This document shows positions 48,746 to 56,757 of a stretch of 64,000 nucleotides of DNA, piece by piece. The DNA lies in NCBI GenBank assembly GCA_028687755.1, contig JAQTZL010000001.1, positions 457,404-521,403 on the forward strand, read 5' to 3'. The notes under the pieces are model-generated. The model was not told the origin of the DNA. It saw only the letters and a program-made list of their open reading frames with translations, and searched no databases. Made by a program: the position numbers and the translations under genes. Position 1 is the first letter of the stretch. The number at the start of each line of letters is the position of its first letter. Origin of the DNA: Candidatus Nanopelagicales bacterium (GTDB taxonomy: Bacteria; Actinomycetota; Actinomycetes; S36-B12).

Positions 48746-49101
48746 TGAATCCAATTGACACAGCTAAGCGCTATATCGAACTGTTTAACACTCAACAGTT
48801 CACAGCAATGGGTGAACTCTTTGCCGAGGATTCAATCTGGGAAGGCCCGACTGCTCAAACACCTATTCGCGGGCGTGTAAATATCATTGCGACCTATAGC
48901 GCGATGGAACAGATGAACATGGATTTGCAGATGACCGGAATGCACTTTCATCGCGATGGCAACACTGTGATCGCGGAAATTGCTACTCATTCGTCGCGTG
49001 GACCGGCAGGGCGCGTTGCCGACGTATTCGAGATTGATCATGAGGGTCGAATAGTGCGCATGACCGGCTATGCGAGCGTGTACGAGATCGCCTCGCCCTG
49101 A
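48745..49101 (+). CDS. NTF2/SnoaL-like fold protein
   Basis: 118 aa with RYIELFNTQQF..MGELFAEDSIWEGP....IRGR. TAATG coupling to the SDR gene. Confidence 0.65.
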   Translation: MNPIDTAKRYIELFNTQQFTAMGELFAEDSIWEGPTAQTPIRGRVNIIATYSAMEQMNMDLQMTGMHFHRDGNTVIAEIATHSSRGPAGRVADVFEIDHEGRIVRMTGYASVYEIASP

Positions 49102-49366
49102 CTATTTCGATAACTACGCGCGGGATCACACTCAAAGTCACCACATATTGCGCCCTTAGTGATTCTGTTGAGCGCATCGTGATTACCGAGTAGTCACAGA
49201 GTTCTTTCAACTGCAGGCCTTAGCTCTAAACCATTGGCGAGCCCTGCCCCCCCCTATTTGGAGGGTCCTCTTGGCAGTCGAGAGGTGTCTGCAATCAGAT
49301 AACCTAAAAAAACACATCGCTTCGAACAAGCAGCAACACAATCGTCGACACCTGAATGAGGACACC

Positions 49367-50533
49367 GTGGGCACTGGACTGACAAGAACACTGTTGACCA
49401 CTGGAGCTTTGACCATCAGCACGATGGCTCTCACAGCAGGCTCGGCGTTTGCAACGACCGCCGCAAACTTCAACGCTCCTATGTTCGGCACGACCGCCAC
49501 ATTGACTGAGGCGCGCATGCCCACCTATGCACAGGTTTCCTGTTCAGATGCAAAATGTACAAACGGTGTGATTCCTAGTGCTCAGGGTGGCTTTACTCAG
49601 TACTCAAGCCCGGCAGTGGCATCTGGTGGGGTGTTTGCTACGTCCCCAGGCTTCATAGCCAAGCTCAATAAATCTTGGTCAAATGTCACTCAAGAAGACT
49701 CAGTTAACTACTCGGCAATGACAATTAACTTCACTCAGTTTGCACCAAACACTGATTTGACAGCATTGGTCACCAGTAATGCCGCTGAACTGAAATTGCC
49801 ATTGACCGCTCAAGAAAAGACAGGGTCAACATCCACCTGGTCAGGCTCTGCGGTCATCGATGGCGATAACTGGAATGTTGTGTATGTAGCACAGGGCGAT
49901 GCAATTGTGCGCGCCGTATGTCAGCAATTTGGAACAGAAAAGGGCTCCGTGACCTGCCCGATGCCAAATGTTCGAACTCTCGCACTCCAAGTTGTGAACA
50001 CACCGCCTGCCACGTCACTGGCCGAGGCCACCTCGATTGCAGGTTTGATCCCCCAGACTCCTAGCCAACTCAAGCCCGTGTTGCTGAACATTGAGCCCGC
50101 TCAAGCGTTATGGACCTCAAACGCGCCTGGCGCCCAACTCAATCGAGCAATGGCGATTCGCAAGAATTCCGTCGCTCTGCAATACGGGATTCAGGGCTCT
50201 CCTCAACTGACGCTGCGCACCAAAGTCGCTGCGATTGCCACTGAAACACCAGCACGTCCATTTGTGAAGACGATCTGCGGTAAAGCTGTCGCTTCAACCG
50301 ACACCTGCAAGCTCTCCAAGTTGCCAGGTGAGTCTTACGGATTCATCGGTGCTTCGAGCAAGCAAGCAACACCAAATGAAGTTGCACGAATGAGCCTTCA
50401 TTTCACTGGCTCAAACAAACTGGGCGATGCTTCGTGCGGCACACTCACCCCACGCGAAGGCGGATTGACCAAGAACGAACAAGCCATTTGCAAGGCTGCG
50501 TTTGTGAGTTTTGCCAACGCGGTCGTGAAGTAA
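49367..50533 (+). CDS. Secreted protein of unknown function (about 388 aa, several Cys pairs)
   Basis: GTG 49367 after GAGGA gives a signal peptide ...TISTMALTAGSAFA|TT. No recognisable domain. Confidence 0.55.
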   Translation: MGTGLTRTLLTTGALTISTMALTAGSAFATTAANFNAPMFGTTATLTEARMPTYAQVSCSDAKCTNGVIPSAQGGFTQYSSPAVASGGVFATSPGFIAKLNKSWSNVTQEDSVNYSAMTINFTQFAPNTDLTALVTSNAAELKLPLTAQEKTGSTSTWSGSAVIDGDNWNVVYVAQGDAIVRAVCQQFGTEKGSVTCPMPNVRTLALQVVNTPPATSLAEATSIAGLIPQTPSQLKPVLLNIEPAQALWTSNAPGAQLNRAMAIRKNSVALQYGIQGSPQLTLRTKVAAIATETPARPFVKTICGKAVASTDTCKLSKLPGESYGFIGASSKQATPNEVARMSLHFTGSNKLGDASCGTLTPREGGLTKNEQAICKAAFVSFANAVVK

Positions 50534-50682
50534 TGTTGAAATTCATCACGCTTGCAGGTTTCCCTGCTGGTGATGCAGGCGCACGAAGTTGGGCTGAACA
50601 AAGCTGCCTGGATGAGGACAACCCTCGGCAACAATTTCGCGAAGTCACACAGTAAGTAGCCTCAACGCTTTTCATCGCTGAA

Positions 50683-52083
50683 TCACGCAATGGCTGCACT
50701 TGGCATGTTCTTCGTGAATCTCCTTAAGAAGAAGTAGCCGATCATCACCACGAAGAATGAAAGCACGCCGTCAATTCGCAGGCTTGCCGCCAACGCCTCT
50801 AACTGACCATCACTCATCGCGCTCACCCCTTGCGCAACTGGAACGCTCGACATCACAATCGTGCCGAGTATCCCAACGCCAACAGCAGCGCCCATGGAAC
50901 TTGCGGCAGTTCTAAATGAAGAAATCGCACCAACATTCTGCACGGATGCACAACGCATTACCTCAGTGTTTAAGGCAGTCAAGGCACCCATACCAATGAA
51001 ACTAAACACTGTCGCAATTGCAACCATCGTCCAGACAGGTGTTGTTGCTCGAACGGCGATGAGGGAAAGCATGGAGATCGCAAGGGCGAACATCAACACA
51101 CCTGCACCCGCAAGCCCCCCGAATTTCTTCATCGCCCAACTTGCCAGAAGTTTTGCTCCTAGGACCGCGCCAATCTGAGCAGGAATGATCGCAAGAGCTG
51201 CTTCGTAAGGGCTCATCTCATAGAAGAATTCCAATGCAATGCTGACAAAGGTAATCAGTCCGACCAAGGAAACCAACGCCACACAAGCAAGTAGCACCAT
51301 CATCGCACGATCTGTGATCGGCGCAAGGAAATTCCTCATGTTTAAAGGTTCGCGCAGCAATGTGGCACAGAGCAGGCAGATTCCAGCGCCAATGACTAAA
51401 CCGCTGATCACAGGCGCGGGCTCATATTCAATGTGACTGACTTCAGCCAAGGCTCGAGCAAATGCAGCTAACGCAACTCCCAAAAGTAGGGGCGCGCCCC
51501 AACTGCTACTGCGGATCACAGCAGTATTGCCTTGAAGGAACACGAATGCGCACAACAAAATAAGTAGTCCCCCACCGATCCAAATCTGCGGAATCAATCT
51601 CCATTGAGAAACTTCCAGCACACGCGCGGTTCCTACCGGTAGCACGAGAAAAGCAAGCGGGAAAACCATGCCATACGTTGTGAACGCTGAGGTTTGAGCC
51701 GGCCCTTGCCCCGTTGATTTACGAAGTAACCCAACACCAACAATTTGCATAGTGACAGCCGCCGCTGCACAAATCGCTAAGCCTAATTGCACCATTGGCG
51801 CGCCTCCCGCAATCGCAATCACGACAGAACCAAAGGTGAAAGCGCCCGCTGACCAGACTATGACGCGACGATGGCCAAATCGGTCACCTAACTGACCAGC
51901 TCCCAAAACCACGACTAATGCAGCCACACTTGGAATCGCAAGCATGTTTTCAACTGCCATATCCGTGAGCTGCAGATCCAATGCCATGGGCTCAATTAAG
52001 AATGCCAATCCCGTAGCCATCAACAAGGAAAGACCGACGATGAGGCTGACACCTAATGTGATTCGCCGCTGAGCAGACGTCAT
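50683..52083 (-). CDS. MFS transporter (about 14 TM)
   Basis: 466-aa polytopic protein with GQLGDRFGHRRVIV loop motif. Starts 2 nt after the alsD-like stop. Confidence 0.85.
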   Translation of the reverse strand: MTSAQRRITLGVSLIVGLSLLMATGLAFLIEPMALDLQLTDMAVENMLAIPSVAALVVVLGAGQLGDRFGHRRVIVWSAGAFTFGSVVIAIAGGAPMVQLGLAICAAAAVTMQIVGVGLLRKSTGQGPAQTSAFTTYGMVFPLAFLVLPVGTARVLEVSQWRLIPQIWIGGGLLILLCAFVFLQGNTAVIRSSSWGAPLLLGVALAAFARALAEVSHIEYEPAPVISGLVIGAGICLLCATLLREPLNMRNFLAPITDRAMMVLLACVALVSLVGLITFVSIALEFFYEMSPYEAALAIIPAQIGAVLGAKLLASWAMKKFGGLAGAGVLMFALAISMLSLIAVRATTPVWTMVAIATVFSFIGMGALTALNTEVMRCASVQNVGAISSFRTAASSMGAAVGVGILGTIVMSSVPVAQGVSAMSDGQLEALAASLRIDGVLSFFVVMIGYFFLRRFTKNMPSAAIA

Positions 52084-52085
52084 CG

Positions 52086-52937
52086 CTATTCACTCACCAT
52101 ACGTTGATGTTCGGCGATTTTAAGAGCAGCCTCATGATCCCCCGCAAGGTCAGCAGACATAAATTCCGCAGTCTCAGGTATCGCCAAATGGACATCACAC
52201 ACGTCATTGATTTCGACAAATAGGTGCTCAGCACTCATACCGAGCACATGGCCTCCATGAGCGCGATCATCACTAATAAAGTGCATGTGATACCCAGAAA
52301 TTGAAATTGATTTGGTGTAGTCAGGGCTCCAAAAACCGACCAAGGTTCCTGTGATGTCAGCAAATGAGAATTCAGATTGCGTGGCAGTAGCTTCGACTAA
52401 GTCAATTCCTGACTGTGTTTTACAGGCGGCTCGAAGTGTCAAAGCCCTAAAAGTTCCATGCGCTCTCAACGAAACGATTCCGTTGTCCGATGTGCGCAAT
52501 GCGTCAATGGCGCTAGTACACGCGTCGAACGAACTAAGACCGCTCAGAGTTGCGCAACGATCAGCCGCGAAGTTCACCACGCTTGCAAATGGCGTGAGTT
52601 CCGAATCTGCTGCTTCGACAACACTGCCATCAGATCGAGCTTGATAGCAGTGACCATCGAGCAGAATCATTTCGCCATCAAGATCCCCAAATGTTCCAAG
52701 ACCTAGATCGCCGTGGCGTCGAAGATCTGCGACGGAAACACAACCTTGATACAGGCCCTGAACGATTGCGCCTGAGGTCGATACCTGAAAAAGCGAGTGG
52801 TGTTCAATATCGAGCGCCTCTGCAAGCGCTTCTTGCACGATGTGACTGACACTTTGGCCACTCGTTTGCGCACGAGAAACGAGCGCCTGCCAAAGACTTG
52901 ACGAAACTCGAGTGTTCAATTGATGTGACATGGGCAC
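52086..52937 (-). CDS. Alpha-acetolactate decarboxylase homologue with N-terminal ribbon-helix-helix-like extension
   Basis: The core SLFQVSTSGAIVQGLYQG...GDLGLGTFGDLDGEMILLDG...SEFSFADITGTLVGFWSP...GYHMHFISDDRAHGGHVL is collinear with Bacillus AlsD. The first roughly 45 aa, LNTRVSSSLWQALVSRAQTSGQSVSHIVQEALAEAL, fit a CopG/Arc RHH pattern. Confidence 0.85.
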   Translation of the reverse strand: MPMSHQLNTRVSSSLWQALVSRAQTSGQSVSHIVQEALAEALDIEHHSLFQVSTSGAIVQGLYQGCVSVADLRRHGDLGLGTFGDLDGEMILLDGHCYQARSDGSVVEAADSELTPFASVVNFAADRCATLSGLSSFDACTSAIDALRTSDNGIVSLRAHGTFRALTLRAACKTQSGIDLVEATATQSEFSFADITGTLVGFWSPDYTKSISISGYHMHFISDDRAHGGHVLGMSAEHLFVEINDVCDVHLAIPETAEFMSADLAGDHEAALKIAEHQRMVSE

Positions 52938-53005
52938 ACGCTAGAGCAAGACAACAAGACCACCCCCTCAAGGGGCGATCGCGCTCACAAAGCAGATGGC
53001 TCTAC

Positions 53006-54190
53006 CTAGTTTGCCGTCATAAGAACAGCACCAGAGAATGGGCCGGTTGCATTGGCCCACACGGCGACCTCTGCATCCTTCACCTGCCGTGCACCTGACT
53101 CGTTTCCGCGAAGTTGTCGAATTGATTCGATGCAGAAATTTGCACCGTGTCGTCGCCCAACATTGCACGCGCCACCGTCAGTGTTCACTGGAAGGCTGCC
53201 ATCAAGTCGTGTTGCACCGGACTCAACGAATGATCCAGCTTCACCTTCTCCACAGAATCCCAATGCTTCTAGCCACTGGAACACAATGATGGTGAAGCCG
53301 TCATACAACTGCGCGCAGTCAACATCAGATGGCTTCAAATCCGTGCGAGACCACAGTGTTTGTGCTGCGTGATACGGAGAGTTCATATTCAGGTCGTGTA
53401 GCTTTTCAAAACCAGCAGGCAAGATATCTGTTGCTGACAATGCGGCTGACTCAACGAACACGGGCTTCTTAGCGAAGTCCCGCGAGCGCTCTTCTGTGGT
53501 GTAAATGACCGCGGAAGCTGAGTCCACTGGGTAGTCACAGTCGAGCAGGCGAACCGGCTTGCTGACGTAGCGTGAGTTGAGGTAATCATCCATGGTGAGT
53601 GGATCGCGCATGATCGCATCATCGTTGAGTACAGCATTGGCACGTTGCGCGATGACATGCGCTCCGAACTGCTCTTCTGTCGTTCCGTAACGCTCCATGT
53701 GTCGTTGTGCCGGAAGCGCAGCGATTGTTTGAATTGGTGTGACTGAACCAAACGGCATTGTGAACTGCGAATCTCCAGGAATCCGCATCGGACCTTGCAC
53801 TGAGTCACGCTCTTCAGCACTGCTCAACCGCTGGTTAATAACACGCACTGTTAGCACCGTGTGTGCCTGCCCGCTTTGGATCGCTGCAATTGCCGAGATA
53901 GCTGCGTGAATGTAGGCAGGGCCACCTTGATCTGAGTTATAAAAGGTGATCGGAGTGATTCCCAGCATCTGGGCCACGTCAAGTGCATCAATCCAGTCAA
54001 GACCTGGAGGCTCGGCGCCTGCAACACCTGCGTGCAGCACCACTCCATCAATTTGATCAGGGGTGATGCCGCAGTCCTCCATTGCTTTCTTTGCAGCTTG
54101 CGCAACCAACTGGCGGCGGTTGAGCCCGGTACGACGACCGGTCGTTGAGTAGCCAACGCCGATAGCGGCGACGCGATCACGGTTTGCCAT
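53006..54190 (-). CDS. Thiolase-superfamily protein of the SCP-x/Ltp2 type (lipid-transfer-protein-like)
   Basis: The start at 54190 (MANRDRVAAIGVGY). VRLLDCDYPVDSASAV, AQLYDGFTIIVFQWLEALGFCGEGEA and NTDGG...IRQLRG are collinear with mycobacterial Ltp2 as recalled. There is no Cys at the expected nucleophile position (DQGGPAYIHAA). Confidence 0.75.
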   Translation of the reverse strand: MANRDRVAAIGVGYSTTGRRTGLNRRQLVAQAAKKAMEDCGITPDQIDGVVLHAGVAGAEPPGLDWIDALDVAQMLGITPITFYNSDQGGPAYIHAAISAIAAIQSGQAHTVLTVRVINQRLSSAEERDSVQGPMRIPGDSQFTMPFGSVTPIQTIAALPAQRHMERYGTTEEQFGAHVIAQRANAVLNDDAIMRDPLTMDDYLNSRYVSKPVRLLDCDYPVDSASAVIYTTEERSRDFAKKPVFVESAALSATDILPAGFEKLHDLNMNSPYHAAQTLWSRTDLKPSDVDCAQLYDGFTIIVFQWLEALGFCGEGEAGSFVESGATRLDGSLPVNTDGGACNVGRRHGANFCIESIRQLRGNESGARQVKDAEVAVWANATGPFSGAVLMTAN

Positions 54191-54224
54191 GATTTTCTCC
54201 TTGGAAGTGTGGTGACAGCGCCGG

Positions 54225-54677
54225 TTAGGCGAGCTTGAAGAGTGGAAGGGTGAGCCCAGGCGCAACTTCTTGGAAGGTCACTTCGACGGGCATACCGATC
54301 CGGATATCGTCATTAGGAAAGTCAATGAGGTTGCTCGTGATGCGAATGTTTTCGTCTTCTTCCAAAGCAACGATGATCAAGTTGTAAGGAACCTTGTCAA
54401 CGAAGTACGGATGGAAGGGCTGCACCGTGGTGGTGTGTGAGTAGATCGTTCCTCGACCGGACACCTGCTCTGGCGCAAGATCATCCATTGACAGGCATGA
54501 CGGGCAAATTGGCCGTGGGTAATGGATGTAGGTTCCGCAAGCGCCACAACGAAGAATCATCAACTTGTGGTTCGCAACGCCCTCCCAGAAAAACTCGGTA
54601 AGAGCATTAGGTACAGGAATCGGTGGATAATCAGCAGCCGTAGCCGATTCAGGAATATTAATGCTCGCAGTAGTCAT
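54225..54677 (-). CDS. DUF35 OB-fold / rubredoxin-like zinc-ribbon protein
   Basis: LRCGACGTYIHYPRPICPSC zinc ribbon followed by an OB-fold segment. This is the typical partner of SCP-x-type thiolase-like proteins. Confidence 0.85.
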   Translation of the reverse strand: MTTASINIPESATAADYPPIPVPNALTEFFWEGVANHKLMILRCGACGTYIHYPRPICPSCLSMDDLAPEQVSGRGTIYSHTTTVQPFHPYFVDKVPYNLIIVALEEDENIRITSNLIDFPNDDIRIGMPVEVTFQEVAPGLTLPLFKLA

Positions 54678-54796
54678 GACGCATTCCTCTACACCTTTGA
54701 ATCAACCAGCAACCGCTGTTCGATCACATTCAACGAATGTAGGTGAAAGTAGCACCGCTTTAGACAAACGCGCAGGGTTTTCTCGTTCTCGAAGTA

Positions 54797-55339
54797 TCAA
54801 GTGCTCTTGATCGTGCACCTGCGCGGCTTGCCATCGGCGGAGGGACTCTGCGAATCAGAAATGTCCACCGTGAATTCCTTCCACTGACCATCACCAAGCC
54901 GCGTGACGACAAATTTAAGCAAGCCGTCATCCCAAAGACGCGCCTCGTTGATATCCATGCCGTTGATCGCGGTGCAGTTAAATCCACCAAGGCCGGGCTC
55001 AGACAGAAAAGCCATTGGTGCGCCGACCCAAGGGTTTTGGGCTATGAGTTTGAGCGATCGAGGCGAACTCCCTGGAATTGCGATTTCTCCACCAACATCC
55101 AAGCCCAACCCGGCACTTGATCCTTCCGCGCACGCTTGCGTGCTGCGTTCAAGTCGACCTTCACCTCGCGCTGTGTCTTTATTCGTGAATGTCACGGTTG
55201 GTGTAGTCGAAGAGAAGTTCTTCACACACACGCGTGTGCCCAGCACGCCGCCGGCTGCCTTTTCTACCTCTGGTGATTGAGAACAGCCCGTGAGCACTGC
55301 AAGTGCTGCGAGCATTCCAACTGGTGCCATACGCCGCAC
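54797..55339 (-). CDS. Lipoprotein of unknown function
   Basis: GTG 55339 (or ATG 55330) gives MRRMAPVGMLAALAVLTGC. No recognisable domain. Confidence 0.55.
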   Translation of the reverse strand: MRRMAPVGMLAALAVLTGCSQSPEVEKAAGGVLGTRVCVKNFSSTTPTVTFTNKDTARGEGRLERSTQACAEGSSAGLGLDVGGEIAIPGSSPRSLKLIAQNPWVGAPMAFLSEPGLGGFNCTAINGMDINEARLWDDGLLKFVVTRLGDGQWKEFTVDISDSQSPSADGKPRRCTIKST

Positions 55340-55443
55340 AACGTGGATTGTTTGCTCTCTTTCTCTACCAAAAGTTTCGAATCGCAGATTACGCCATTGA
55401 ATTGCCGAACGGCCACCCACATTTCGGGGGGGGGCTACCAAAT

Positions 55444-55554
55444 TCATCTCAGTGGTGCGAGCAGCGCAACCATGCCGTAGAACGAAAAGCGCTCCCACAT
55501 CTCGACGGCAGCAAGTACGAGTACACCGTGCGGCTGTGATTCACGGCGACTCAT
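55444..55554 (-). pseudogene. Remnant (first 33-36 codons) of a POT/PTR2 proton-dependent oligopeptide transporter gene
   Basis: Reverse translation from the ATG at 55554 gives MSRRESQPHGVLVLAAVEMWERFSFYGMVALLAPLR-stop. E-x-W-E-R-F-S-F-Y-G-M is the POT family signature 1. The frame ends about 450 codons too early. Confidence 0.65.
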
Positions 55555-55702
55555 CGGCTAGTTCCTCGCATCTGTTGAGCACTTCTGTACCTACCTGACC
55601 GAGACGAACTGTGCCCGGTGGGATGCAAAGAAGGCTGGTTTGCCTCGTACTATTCAGAAGCAAAATCGCAGGGATAGACGTCTTTCGACGCCTTTATATT
55701 CG

Positions 55703-55776
55703 TGGGGCGGGCGGGGCTCGAACCCGCGACGACCAGATTATGAGTCCGGGGCTCTAACCAGCTGAGCTACCGCCCC
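55703..55776 (-). tRNA. tRNA-Met (anticodon CAT), elongator-like; CCA not encoded
   Basis: The reverse strand GGGGCGG-TA-GCTC-AGCTGGTTA-GAGC-C-CCGGA-CTCATAA-TCTGG-TCGTC-GCGGG-TTCGAGC-CCCGC-CCGCCCC-A. A lysidine-modified tRNA-Ile2 cannot be excluded from sequence alone. Confidence 0.9.
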
Positions 55777-55838
55777 CCACAACAAGCACTGAAGTCTAAC
55801 CAGTTCCGGCCTTGCCCAATCGCGCAGACTGCAACCCA

Positions 55839-56396
55839 TCAATTGGCCAGTAAATCGCCTTCGAGCAGTCCTTGATTGACACTCATCCATTGGTATTCCG
55901 TCTCCCCCGGCCTACGCGACAACACCCAAATCAGATCAAAGCGATCATCAGGCCAATGCTTTGGAATATCGTCTGCGTTGCTGATCGAAAACTTCGCGAG
56001 CACGTCCGGCATTGAGCCGTGATGCCACGCAACAAGGGTTGCGTGCTCACTACCCAGAATTGAATCCGTGAGTGCTTGCACATGATCATGATTGAAGGAT
56101 TCGTCGATCGTTAACCCAAGGCGATGCGCAAGCGGTGTCACGGTGTCCACTTCGCGCTTGCTCAAGTAGTCATGCGTGGGCTTGGTTGCGATGATGCGCT
56201 GCGGAGCAACGATAGTTGGATGCAGCGTTGATGGGCCACGTGCGAGCAATCCAGCTAAGGCACCAGCACGCGTCCATCCGCGCACTGACAATGAATGCGG
56301 ATCATGTTCGCCGTTGTGGTTAATGCCGTGCGGCGGCCCATTTTCTCCGGGCTTCTCTCCGTGTCGAATAAACATGATGACTTCAGGACCATTCAC
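55839..56396 (-). CDS. Histidine-phosphatase (phosphoglycerate-mutase-like) family protein
   Basis: FIRHGEKPGE catalytic RHG motif, with a later WHHG. The start could instead be 56375. Confidence 0.7.
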   Translation of the reverse strand: MNGPEVIMFIRHGEKPGENGPPHGINHNGEHDPHSLSVRGWTRAGALAGLLARGPSTLHPTIVAPQRIIATKPTHDYLSKREVDTVTPLAHRLGLTIDESFNHDHVQALTDSILGSEHATLVAWHHGSMPDVLAKFSISNADDIPKHWPDDRFDLIWVLSRRPGETEYQWMSVNQGLLEGDLLAN

Positions 56397-56448
56397 ATTG
56401 CGACCTTATCTGGCGACATATGCAAAGAGGGTCAGGTTCGCTTTGGTG

Positions 56449-56757
56449 ATGGCACATGGTTCGATGGCTGCAATGAGCACTGTTCGAGTCACTGTTCGCG
56501 TGAAGCCCGGCGCTTCGCGTGCCAAGGTTGGCGGCTCATACGGCCAACCAGCAGCACTCATCGTTTCGGTTCATGCTCATCCTGTTGACGGTCAAGCAAA
56601 CATAGCGGTGATTGACGCCCTTGCGTCGGCTTTAGATATTCGCAAAGCAGACGTGACTGTGGTTGCGGGGCATACCGGCCGAACCAAAATTCTTGCGATT
56701 GAGACGAATGATGAAGCGTCTGTACAGCAACGTATTGATGAGTTGTTCGCCCTTTAG
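56449..56757 (+). CDS. DUF167 (YggU-like) protein
   Basis: [18 protein letters not shown]......[42 protein letters not shown]. The upstream part of track ORF 56176.. overlaps the antisense phosphatase gene and is rejected. The start is one of 56449, 56464 or 56473. Confidence 0.75.
   Translation: MAHGSMAAMSTVRVTVRVKPGASRAKVGGSYGQPAALIVSVHAHPVDGQANIAVIDALASALDIRKADVTVVAGHTGRTKILAIETNDEASVQQRIDELFAL

Noticed and set aside
38980-55702. Calling the accessory island a mobile element or integrative element.
   Set aside because: I found no integrase, recombinase, transposase, relaxase, phage genes or terminal inverted repeats on either strand. It is described as an island only on content and the truncated flanking gene.
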